From NCBI RefSeq assembly GCF_001194135.2, contig NC_068998.1, positions 26,945,471-26,991,153 on the forward strand: DNA of 45,683 bases, read 5' to 3'. Shown here piece after piece: positions 13,117 through 24,024 of the stretch (position 1 is its first letter; every line of letters starts with the position of its first letter). The stretch comes from Octopus bimaculoides (Eukaryota). Under the pieces are notes generated by a model that was not told where the DNA came from, did not search any database, and saw only the letters and a program-made list of their open reading frames with translations. The position numbers were made by a program, and so were the translations under genes.

Positions 13117-13335
13117 TAAGGCAGCAAGCTGGCGAAAATCGTTAGCACGTCGAGCAAAATGCTTAGCGACATTTAGTTCGTTCTGAATTCAAATTCCGCC
13201 GAAGCTGACTTTGCCTCTCGTTCTCTCGTGGTCGATAAAATAAGTACCATTTGAGCACTGGGATCGATGTAATCGATTTACACCCTCCCCCAAAATTGCA
13301 GTTCTTGTGCCAAAATTTGAAACCAATATTACTAG
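13117..13335 (+). mobile_element. tRNA-derived SINE, OR2-like
   Basis: aaggcagcaagctggcgaaaatcgttagcacg...gtcgataaaataagtacca...tttgaaacc. Confidence 0.85.
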
Positions 13336-13359
13336 TATACTACTATTAATATACATAAT

Positions 13360-13555
13360 TCAACGAAAGATTCTCAAAGCGGCCACTCGACCTGCAAGAA
13401 ATAGTAGCCAAATTTCTCCTAAATCACACTTGAACATATCGATCGTAGAAGGACACATTGCATTAGATTATCCTTTTTCAAAAAACTGAAATTCTCGCAA
13501 CAGGAACACTTTTAATTAAGGATTTACTCAATCAAAGCTGACCTCGTATTAATCA
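13360..13555 (+). repeat. Interspersed repeat (caaatcacac family), copy 3
   Basis: cgacctgcaagaaatagtagccaaatttctcctaaatcacacttgaaca. Confidence 0.55.
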
Positions 13556-13854
13556 TTATTATCATCATCAACAATAACAACAACGTCTATAAACGTGTTA
13601 AAGTATATGAGAACTGAAATACGTTATTAATATTTTAATGCTTTCCAAATATTTTTTTCTTTTATATAACACATTATCCAAAGGGCCAGTCACTGGTTCC
13701 TTGTAATTACATCGTTGAGAATGACAAGAGTTAAACTGGGGCGGAACGGATATTGTAAGAAACTTAGTTTTGTAATAATAGCGGTTTTACCGCTGTGTGT
13801 GCAGACAGGAATATATGGCAGTGCATTAGCATGGCCGCAACTCTAAGCTGAAAC

Positions 13855-13893
<39 letters not shown>

Positions 13894-13899
13894 ATATAT

Positions 13900-14010
13900 A
13901 TAAATCATTCGTCAAACCAAGATTATGGCAGAAGACACTTGCTAAAGTCGTCGCGCACTGCACTGAGACAGAACGTGGTCACGATGTGAACTTCTTGTCC
14001 ACAGAAAGTA
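13900..14010 (-). mobile_element. Decayed SINE head (microsatellite-containing family)
   Basis: ggcagaagacacttgctaaagtcgtcgcgcactg is similar to the minus-strand head of the family at 395-595. Confidence 0.45.
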
Positions 14011-14099
14011 AGCAGAAATCAAATCCAAGTTTTCACACACATACACACACTCAAACACTCACACATACACATACACATTCACTCAAAGACACACAGACA

Positions 14100-14360
14100 C
14101 GTAGTTCTCGGGGAGATTCAGCGTGACACAGAGTGTGACAAGGCTGGCCTTTTGAAATACAGGTACAACAGAAACAGGATGAAAGAGTGAGAGAAATTTG
14201 TGGTGAAAGAGTACAGCAGGGTTCACCAGCTTCCGCTGCTGGAACCTTGTGGAGCTTTGGGTGTTTTCGCTCAATTAGCACTCACAACGCCCGGTCTGGG
14301 AATCGAAACCGCGATCCTATGACCGCGAGTCCGCTCCCCTAACCACTGGACTATTGTGCC
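14100..14360 (-). mobile_element. tRNA-derived SINE, body A + tail Y
   Basis: Head revcomp cagtggttagggg...gcggactcgcggtcataggatcgcggtttcgattccc (A/B boxes); tail cgtgacacagagtgtgacaaggctggcc. Confidence 0.85.
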
Positions 14361-14926
14361 AACCAGCTTGAAACCAGCCGGTCTCGCGATCCTGTCAGCT
14401 ACTGGAAGGTAGTAGGGGTTCGCTCCTCCTGCTAGCGATGTATTGTATATAAGTGTGCAGAGCTTGCACTGAAAACCAGCTGGCGGAGAATTTGCCTGGG
14501 GTTAAACTAGCATTAGCATTCATCGGCCATTTAGATGTGGCTGCTCGCTTTACTGCTTAGTATCCGTTACTGCTCAATGTCTTCTTGAGATTTTATAAAC
14601 TGGCTGTTTTACTTTTATATATATCACTGTATTTGCACATATGCCAACATTGTGATTATGTACGTATATGAAGATATACACAAATGCATGTAAAAAAACA
14701 GGGAGAAAGCATGCTATAAATCGATTAAAGTAATTTATATGTACTGTATCTTATTCAGTAATTACATTAACATCAATTTTGTTAATTGAAATCTTTTACA
14801 AATAGCAATCCTATCTCAGAATCTTAGCTAGGGTTAAAATATTGTAAAGTACACCTTCTAATAACGCATCTTAGTGATTGAAAAGAACTGCTAGAACTAT
14901 GCAGCTTATTTTTTATACAGAATAAA

Positions 14927-15005
<79 letters not shown>

Positions 15006-15087
15006 AACTTCACAGACAATAATCGGAGCATTACCATCTACATATTGTACTTAAGCAAGCCTAGTAATAGTGCTTTATTGATGGGGT

Positions 15088-15302
15088 CATAATGGTTTCA
15101 AATTTTGACACAGAGACAGTAATTTTATGGGCAGGGGGTTGGTCGATTATATTGACCCCGTTATTTTATCGTATTTTATCGGCAGTGAAAGAATGAAGAA
15201 CAAAGTTTACCTTGGCGGTATTTGAACTCAGAGCGTAAAGAGCCGGGAGAAATGCTGCTAAACATATTGTACGGTGTACTAATGATTCTGCCAAGTCGCC
15301 GT
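15088..15302 (-). mobile_element. tRNA-derived SINE, OR2-like
   Basis: Ends gattctgccaagtcgcc; central gaaagaatgaagaacaaagt. Confidence 0.75.
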
Positions 15303-16182
15303 TTTTTGATGAGGTCATAATAAAATTAAATTGCATCTGAAGTTGTTTTCTATACTTACCGAAAAACTGAAAATGTTAACCATTGCCTAATATGTTTCCC
15401 ACGCTACATACATGTTTCTTGTTAACTTTTCTTCATAACTCCATTCGTTAAACAAGTTAACATAAAGATTTAATCATTGCCCAAAATTCTCGACTACAAG
15501 GCATCGAACTGGTGGAAATTCGTTGATGAACTCTGTATTATAAGCTGTCTCATCTGGTTTTCTATTACTTTACAATCCTTTTTCGCACCTCAGAATATTT
15601 CCTGATAGAAATAGTAGGGCTTTAGATTAGATACCAAGTGATATTTGGTTTCCCAGCACTGTGGGACTTAATGCCTTTCGTCCCTCCTGAGTCGATTAAA
15701 ATTAGTAGCCGTACCATTGCACACTATCCTTTTCATTGACTGTAATGTTTCTTTTCTGTTTTAATTGATCTAAAGAATACGAAATGAAGATTAGTTGCCA
15801 GCAAATATAGAGCATCGATCTGTGACGATTAAGCATTTTTTTCAAGTAGTTATTCAAATTCGAAGAACACCATAGCAACAATGCATTGTACAAATATCTT
15901 CTGACACCAGAGACAGTACAGAGAAAAAAACATTAAACAAGTATCATAACTATATAGGGAGAGAATAGTTAACGAGGTCCTTTTCTTCATTCGAAAAATA
16001 TTATTCTAGGAATTACTTCAAAAATCCTAGTGGTTATTTTCTCAGTATAAGATTCTTCAGTTTCCTTTAACAGCGATTGTTTCATTTTTAATAGCGAGGC
16101 TTTCATAAAAATAGATATTTGTATTTGTATTTTGGAAAAGTATTTTACACCAATAATTTATGATCTTAATATAAAAACTACT

Positions 16183-16400
16183 AAAGGCAGCGAACTGGCA
16201 GAATCATTAGCAAAATGCTTAGCAGCATTTCGTCCGTTTTTTACGTTCTGACCTCAAATACTACCGAGGTCGAATTTACTTTCATCCTTTCGGAGTTGAT
16301 AGAATAGGTACAATTTGAGCATTGTTGTCGATTGGATCGATTTACCTCCTCCCACCGAACTTGTTAGCTTGTGCCAAAAAATCTGAAACCAATATAAAAA
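16183..16400 (+). mobile_element. tRNA-derived SINE, OR2-like
   Basis: aaggcagcgaactggcagaatcattagc...ctttcatcctttcggagttgatag. Confidence 0.8.
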
Positions 16401-16594
16401 CTAGTAGAGTGGAAAGAAAATTTGAACGGTACATATGTGGAGTAGGAATTATTCCTCTTCTGAGATCAAATCCTGCGATGACTGATTTTATTGCTCATCC
16501 TTTTTAGGATCACGTACTTCAAACAACAATAACAATCCTCCGAGATGCATGCCTTTGTACCAAAGTTAGAAATTATAACTGCTTTTATTACAGG

Positions 16595-16770
16595 GAATTG
16601 GTAGAATCGTTTTAGCGTCGAATGGCATTTATTCTTAGATCTTGACGGTCTACGTTCAAGTCCCAATATTGTCTTTCATCTTTCAGTGGTCGAAAACAAT
16701 CAAGTACCAGTCAAACACTGAAATTGGTATAATCGGCTTTTCTTTTCCCTTAAAATTTTTTGTGTCGAGC
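16595..16770 (+). mobile_element. Decayed OR2-like SINE
   Basis: gaattggtagaatcgttttagcg...ctttcatctttcagtggtcgaaaacaatcaagtaccag. Confidence 0.6.
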
Positions 16771-17639
16771 TCAGTAGCAATTAATAATTGTTGCTTTCAA
16801 CGAATTTAGATGAGATTTATTGCCTAAGTTTTGATTTACTAACTTTTGCCAAGGATATTTACTTATTTCTCCCCAGAAATGAAATATTATTTATTCGCTT
16901 TAATCATGTAAGGTTATTTTACAAAACAAGTTTTATTTTATTTTATCGTCTTTCCTGAAAAAATTTTATTGGAATCTTGAACTTTGTTCGACTTCATTTG
17001 TTGTGGTGTTGAGTTGAAGAATCTCCTATCAAAGCAAGATGTAAACATATAATTCAAGCATTATGAAGCAATATAACATAAACAAACCTTCTTTGCAACA
17101 GTAAACACAAGTTTTAAAAAGAGAAAATTTGGCTTTTTGAGAAAAAAAATGCTTTTTCTCCGTGATTTTGAGACAACAACAACAACAACAAAAACAGCAA
17201 CAACAACAACAAAAACAGCAACAACAACAACAAAAACACATATGCTAACACAATGTCGTCAAACAAGAAGTTCACACGTGAAGTTTAGTTTCATTCAGAT
17301 TGCCTCTAGCTTTAAATCCTTGAACACGGAAAATAAAACGATTCCAAAACGGATCAGTGGTAGATTTGTGTTGAAAGGAAATGCATCTGCTTGCCAGAAG
17401 AATACATTCAGAACTGGGCAAAGAAAAAATGCTCCAACTTTATCGTACAAAGAAAAGTAGGTCAGTAGGGCTTCCTCTTTATCCTTAAAGAACCGATTAA
17501 AGGCGACATTTATTTGTCGTACACATAGAAAAGCCCACGGAACTGTTTGCCTGACTTTTAGAACTGAGTTCGAAACTGGCCGACATCAGAAATTATATGC
17601 AAAGCATCTGGCTATAAGTTAGTACCGCGTGCATAGGAC

Positions 17640-18370
17640 AGGGCAATACAAGAGCTACAGTCATACAAACAGAAAGGGATATTTAACCCTGATTCATTGT
17701 TACTTTGTAAAACAGTATTAAAGTGTGCTAAGTGAAATATAACGAAAAGTATGCAGTAGAAATCATAAAGGACTTACAAGATCTAAAAACCTTTCGAATT
17801 CACAAGACCATTCTTGAGTTATACCCAATTATGAACATTGAGTCCAATGCTTTACGACTGGAGATAAAGAACAAGAAATCTGATTGTTACTCAAATAAGC
17901 CTTCATATTGTAAAAGGGGTTTTGTTCAGCAGATATGGAAAAATTGAAGTGAGATTGATGAGAATCCAAAGCATGCTCCTCTAGTAGCTACGCTAGTCGC
18001 ACCACTGACTGTAAATCCGAAACTGACTACAAAATCCGTTTTCTTCTTGGTCTCAGATGCAAACGATGCCGAAGTACATTCTCCCATTCCTGAAATAGTG
18101 GAGGAAGAAGCCTCATACTTAGACCGACAATTAACAAGGTTCCTCATCTCCGTTCTATAACACCACCATCGCCAATCCCTCATTTGGTTAAAAGGGCAGC
18201 AGCAGCAGCACCACCACCACCACCAATCCCTCGTTTGGTGAAAAGGGTATCACCACCACCACCACCAATCCCTCATTTGGTGAAAATGGGAGGTAATGAA
18301 AATAGAAAAAATATCTTCAAACTGTCAGATAAAACAAAAAGGGAAAAAGATAAAAATCTTCACATCTAAA
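17640..18370 (+). pseudogene. Possible decayed LINE ORF1 (gag-like) with a Pro-rich tandem repeat
   Basis: Semi-continuous frame KYAVEIIKDLQD...YSNKPSYCKRGFVQQIWKN*(TGA) resembles a broken PxxCxxCxxxGHxxxxC knuckle; continues into S/T/P/E-rich sequence. Family assignment is inference. Confidence 0.35.
18171..18290 (+). repeat. Three-copy tandem unit (cacc)n-aatccctcRtttggtKaaaa
   Basis: Seen directly; reads PSPIPHLVKR / PPPPPIPRLVKR / PPPPPIPHLVK. Confidence 0.85.
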
Positions 18371-18639
18371 AAGAAAATAAAACAGAAAATCGAACTAACG
18401 CAGAAAACCACAAATAAAGATAAAGTGATGCCTGATTTTCGAGATCGAGGTCGAAGTGAGACATAATGAAAAATAGTGCGAGTCACATCTGCCCATGCGT
18501 TCATACAACAATACACGAACCAACGAAATACAAGGGTGACAATCAGGATCATTGACCCTTAGATTTTAGTCATTGATTCCTGGGTCGCAGTCACTGGCCT
18601 CTGGATTGCAACCACTTTTGTAGGATAGCACAGGCATGT

Positions 18640-19425
18640 GGTAAGTCAGATCAGGTGTGATGTGGGGCTATGCACCGTTGCAGCGCGTCGATGCATCAAC
18701 CATTTGTCGGTATTTGCTCGAGTCGTCCTGAGCATGTTTCTCAGTAGTGTCCCAGTCAGTTCTCATCTCTGCGAGATGTTTCTTCATCTACCGTGACTAT
18801 GTGGCATGTGGTCGACCATTGCGAACCGTCAGCCACTCGGAGTGTGAGAGACAGACTGGATTTTTGTCTGACCCAAGAGACTCTAAGGCTAAGTGGTTCC
18901 GTTTCCTCACTCAGTGAAAGAAGAGCACTCCTTAAAGACGTCCGGAGACTCAGCAAGAATAATTGCATCATTTGCAAAATCCAGGTCAGTAATCGTAGTT
19001 TCCCTCAATCGAGTCACGATTCGGCCTCTTTACTCTATAGAGACATTGAACAGAATGAGATCCAAAACACAACCGTAACGAATCCCAGATCTAACTGGGA
19101 AAACGTCAGATGTTGTACCCCAATCCTGTTTACGCTCACTGTTCCAGTATACAAGGCAACTATCAGCCCAATCAGCCGGGCTGGTATATATCTCATCTCC
19201 AGAACCCTCCAGAGCACATCTCTGTCCACCGAGTCAAACATCTTGCGGCGGTCGATATAAGCTGCGTGTAACCCTTGCCGAAAACTCCGCCTGCTTTCGA
19301 TGAGTATTCGGAGAGCAAGATTTTGACAGTAATTGACTTCTTTGGTGTAAAGCCTGGTTGCTCCGGCCGTTGAGCAGTTGGCAAGTGCAGAGAAAAATTA
19401 TATGCGATCATGAAAGATCAATATT
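18640..19425 (-). mobile_element. RTE-clade LINE fragment (RT + 3' end, internally deleted)
   Basis: EQPGFTPKKS, MFDSVDRDVLWRVL...IPARLIGLIVALYTGT, TDLDFANDAII; 3' end acgcgctgcaacggtgcat...cacacctgatctgac. Confidence 0.85.
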
Positions 19426-20075
19426 AACACTCAAGTTTTAATGACCCTTGAAAACTACAGATCTATTCCGTATTCCGGATTGGTTCGTCGTTGTTGGGAG
19501 AAACAAAAGTAATAAGATGAGTTGTGCAGGGAAGAAGCAGGAAGTTGAGTTGGTATACTTGTGACAGTAAAAGCTTTCCGTCCCAAGGAAGTATAAACGC
19601 GGGAAAAAGAGAGGAGGAAAGAATGAGAGAGACAGAGAGAAAAAAAACAATGGGCAGCGACAGAACCAGTAACAAGAGCAGATCATGAGAAGCTGTTCTT
19701 CCGATAGCATCGCCAGTCGAAGCTCTCCTTTAAGCAGACTAAGAGGAAGACCCCTTTCTAGTAGTGCCACCCATCTTCTTAAATGTGTGGGGAACAAATG
19801 TAGACCAGAAAGCAATGGCAGACAGTTGCAATAGGTAAAAGAAACAAAAGAAAAAGATGAACTTACACAGGCTTCTAGGAGTGGAATAAAAACATGGGTA
19901 TTGACCGAGAATCCTGCTCTCATATATTCGCTCAACTTCACAGGATTCCGAAGAGAGATCGAGTGCTGGTTAATTTAATATTTAGTATTCCTACGCATTT
20001 AATTAGTCAGTCTTAACTTTCATCCTTTCAGAGTGGCTACAATAACGTACCAGTTAAATACCGGGGTCGATGTAG

Positions 20076-20312
20076 TGACCTGACTCCCGTCAGTTACGAT
20101 GACGAGTGTTCTAGCTGCTCGTGAAATTAACCTGCAAGTGGCTGAGTATTCCACATTCACACGTATATTTAACGTACATTCATCGTAATGGGACAAGGCT
20201 GGCCCATTGAAATACAGGTACAATTCATTTTTGCCAACTGAGTGAACTGGCAGCAAAGTGAAATAAAGTGTCATGCTCAAGGGCACAATGAATAACGAAC
20301 TCACGACCTTAC
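20076..20312 (-). mobile_element. SINE, body B + tail Y (head truncated)
   Basis: Body revcomp ttgtgcccttgagcatgacactttatttcac...actcagttggcaaaaatga; tail gacaaggctggcccattgaaatacaggtacaa. Confidence 0.75.
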
Positions 20313-20762
20313 GTAAAGAACCGGACGAAATGCCACAAAACATTTTGCCCGGCGTTCTAATCAATTCTGCCAACCTATCGTCCCTTTTTCCTGAGGTGTA
20401 AAAACGATTTTAGAACTAACAAATCGACTACAAATTGCAACTTTCAGATAAAAAGTATTGATAAATGCATCATTCCGCCATACTTAGCAGAATGAAATGT
20501 TAAGACATTGTTAAGCTAAGCGACACTGCATGAGACAAGCTGAGTAAGATCTGATCTTAGCCTTGTGGATGTAAGCATTGCTCATATCTTTAATATTATC
20601 ATTATTACTAAGGCAGTAAAGGCGGTGAGCTGGCAAAATTGGTAGCGTTCCAGGCGAAATGGTTCGTGGCGTTTCGTCCGTCTTCACGTTCTGTGTTCAA
20701 ATTCCACCGAGGTCGACTTTGCCTTTCATCCTTTTTGGGGCCGATTAAATGAGTACCAGTTG
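20313..20762 (+). repeat. Left copy of a ~450-bp inverted duplication (SINE head / unique core / SINE)
   Basis: Reverse complement of 33908-34349; about 7 substitutions and 2 indels in the ~255-bp core, counted by eye. Confidence 0.92.
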
Positions 20763-20810
20763 ATCACTAGGGCTGATGTAATCGACTTACCCGCGCCCCC
20801 GAAATTTAAA
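20611..20810 (+). mobile_element. OR2-like SINE
   Basis: aaggcggtgagctggcaaaattggtagcg...ggtcgactttgcctttcatcc. Confidence 0.85.
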
Positions 20811-20829
20811 ACCGATATTATTACTACTA

Positions 20830-21015
20830 TAAGGCGGCGAGCTGGCAGAATCGTTAGCACGCTGGGCAAAATGTTTAGCGGTATTTCGTCGTGTTTGTGT
20901 TCTGCATTCAAATTCCGCCGGGGTCGACTTTGCCTTTCATCCTTTCGGAGTCGATGTAATAGACTTAACCCCACGCCACCAACATTTCTGGTCTCGTACC
21001 AAAAATTTGAAACCC
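20830..21015 (+). mobile_element. OR2-like SINE (internally deleted)
   Basis: aaggcggcgagctggcagaatcgttagcacgctgggcaaaatg. Confidence 0.85.
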
Positions 21016-21379
21016 ATTATTATTATTATTTCTTCTGGTGCTCCTACAATTAATCTAAGCATAGTACTTAGTATAATCTGAACATGTGTATAATTATAAG
21101 GAAAAATGATTCATCCCGAATAAAAACATTCTTTCAACATCCAATTTAAGATCAGAGATATATTTGCCTATTATACAGAAGAAAGAAACATAATCAGATT
21201 TACTAATACCTCGATAATAAACAGACGAAAAAAATGGTTGAAAAGCATGCTGCGGTAAGTTTATGTGTAAAGCATTTAAAAGTGTAGATTAACACTAACC
21301 ATTCATATACATCTTTGTTCACACATTTTCTCATACTATATGTGTCTGTATGTAGATGTAGGTATGTGAATACACAAAC

Positions 21380-21387
21380 CCGCACAG

Positions 21388-21480
<93 letters not shown>

Positions 21481-21486
21481 CATATA

Positions 21487-21523
<37 letters not shown>

Positions 21524-21615
21524 GTATATATATATATTTACATACACACACGCGTACGTACATACATAATACATACATAGATACATATTTGTGTATGTGT
21601 GTATATACATGTGCA
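21380..21615. repeat. Compound (CA)n/(TA)n/(TG)n microsatellite
   Basis: Seen directly. Confidence 0.95.
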
Positions 21616-22364
21616 CATAATTACAGTTATACGATCAGATAGTGTTTTAATGCAGGTGTAATTATGGAAAGACAGAATCTCCATTGTTGAACATACCTGG
21701 AATCCAGTAGCAGGTCTATATGTTACATACAATCTGTGTTAATTATACTTCCACTCTAATTGCCCCTTCATAATTGTCGGTTGTAGAGAATGTTTTAAAT
21801 TAGCAACATGATTTGGGGGTATATTCTTAGCTGAATGTTGTCTACGATCCGTCTGCGGAGACCCTTTGCTATTTGCTGAATCAGTGTCATGTCTGGTGAG
21901 AGAATAATTGAGGATGGCTTCTAAATTGTGTTAATGTCACAGTCGGCTGAATCGATAATACAGCGACCTATGAACTACACAGTCAGCTGTTCGTATCCCG
22001 TCAGCAGATGCTTTCTCTGTGGCTAAGGTGTTAATTAACTCTAATTGACATACACTGCTGTCTTGTAAATAAGTGCAAAGTCACATCAGTTTATGTCTAA
22101 TAAATGTTTCTTTAGTTGTAATAATGAGTTCAAATCTTCTTGTGAGGGTTAAAAGAGAATTAATAATATGCAGGAAGGCCTAATACTCCTGACATATTAA
22201 ATTATTGAAGTATTCAACAGTCTCACATGGACTTAGAGGGGAAGAGATAGCCACACGTACATACAGGTACACGCGCACACAAACACGCATGAGTGTGTGT
22301 GTGTGTGTGCGTGCGCGCGTGCGTGCGTGCGCGAGTGCGTGCGTGCGCGAGTGCGTGTGTGTGT

Positions 22365-22575
22365 GTGGAGACGCGTGGTTTAGTGGTTACGATGTTGTAC
22401 TCATCGTTGTAACATTGTAGTTTCGATTCCTGAGGCAGATGATGTGTTGTGTTCTTGAGTAAAACACTTCATTTCACGTTGCTCCAGTTCACTCAGCTGG
22501 CACAAACGAGTAATCCTATCCCGGAAGGAATACATATACTACAGAATCCGGAAACCGGTCTTAAGAGCCTGCGGC
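22365..22575 (+). mobile_element. tRNA-derived SINE, body B + truncated tail X
   Basis: ggagacgcgtggtttagtggtta...gtttcgattcc...ttgtgttcttgagtaaaacacttcatttcacgttgctccag...ggaaaccggtc. Confidence 0.8.
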
Positions 22576-22766
22576 TTGGAATGGATTGTTGATATGTGTG
22601 CTCACGCATGTGTATGTGTGTGTCCGTGTATGTGTGCGCGCGGGCGTGTGTGTGTGTGTGTGTGTATGTGTGTGTGTGTGGGTGGGTGGGTGTTTGTGTG
22701 TGGGTGTGTGTGTGTGTGTGTGTGTGGACACACGTTCATAAAGTCGTATTATATATGTATGTATGT

Positions 22767-23960
22767 CACTATTCAATTTTATTTCAATATTTCTTGCCAA
22801 TAAAGAAAAAGCTGGTTTCTAACCTAGAACCAAGGTTACTTCATTGAAAGTTCAACATCAACAGGGTATTTTTCATGTATGTATGTAAATGTGCAGTATT
22901 TGGAGTCAGTGCATATGCAGATTTGTATGCTTTGTTTTATGTATGTCTTCTCATACGTACAGTTGCATGTCTAGACATGCGCATATATACTTAAATGATA
23001 AACTTCTGGAAAGTTTTACAGATTTTTACAGTTCCGGTGATGGTTTGGATCCGTAATGTTTGAATCAGCTTCCCCCTTTCTAGTTTTGAGAAGCCAAATT
23101 TCTCTAGATTGGCATTCAGGCAGTATGTTATATATCTCAGTGCCCCATTAATTACAGATATAATCCTGAACTTGTAATCTGGGTAGAGTAACTGCAGATT
23201 TCTCAATAGTTTAGCATATGTCTTTCTTTATTCACTTTTCTTTAGCCTTATGTTAACATCGGCCTGGCAGCTAATTTCCACAACTGTAAATAGTTTCCCT
23301 TCCTTATCCCAAATCACTATATCAAGTCTATTATGTTTACATTTCATTGAGGTTTTCACTGGGACATTCCACCAGTACTTTTTTTTCATTGTGAGTGGCT
23401 ATGGCTTCTACCATACTGTGGGTTCTTATCTATTTGGCTTTAGGGTTATCCTTCCGACGGATCTCATTATACAGTGTCTTAGCTACAATATCATGTTTCA
23501 TCGGTGGATAATATCGTGATGACATTTTCGGATAACTGCTCATAATGTGGGTGATATCTTCGGTGTTAACTCCACAAAGTCTGCGTCGGTTGTCACATTT
23601 TACTGTGTTCGTGTATCTCTGACCCTTTTGTGTATCAGGTATTTGGTTGATATTTCTTGTTCCTGAATTGCAAACGCATACCCTTCAAAGTGGGAGTTAA
23701 TAATCCGGCTGTTGATCCATGATAGACTGCTTTGATAATCAATGATGCTATCATCTCGGAGCTTTCTTCTAACGTATCCATGCGTGGTCTTCTGCTCATA
23801 TACGCTCATCCTTTCATCTGATGATATGTTGTGGTAGAGTCGTGCGCCCCCTTTGGGCATGTATTTGCGGTTATCAGAGAAGGAATGCTGTTCAAGGAGC
23901 TGCTTTCCAAGTCTCACGATGTTATCAGCCTATTGTATGCAAAATTGGTCAAGGAATGCA
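22767..23960 (-). mobile_element. R4/Dong-clade fragment, same family as 827-1906
   Basis: MPKGGARLYHNISSDERMSVYEQKT...AIQEQEISTKYL, CRLC knuckle, REL region; 3' end ...gaatagtga(CATA)n. Confidence 0.85.
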
Positions 23961-24024
23961 CTTCGACACATGGTGATTAAAAGACGTTGCCGAATGGATA
24001 TCATACGATATTCAAAGGCAACCT

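Noticed and set aside
18184-18290. Neuropeptide-precursor reading of the repeated ...LVKR units
   Set aside because: No signal peptide or amidation Gly, and the context looks like a decayed retroelement ORF.
19815-19840. ATGGCAGACAGTTGCAATAG|gtaaaa as a first exon
   Set aside because: The only compatible acceptor I found (~21657) gives a 24-aa peptide; unsupported.
21740-22150. Protein-like minus-strand segments (LELINTLATEKASADG..., IQQIAKGLRRRIVDN...)
   Set aside because: Broken by stops and frameshifts and unassignable; could be an old TE, but there is no support for a call.
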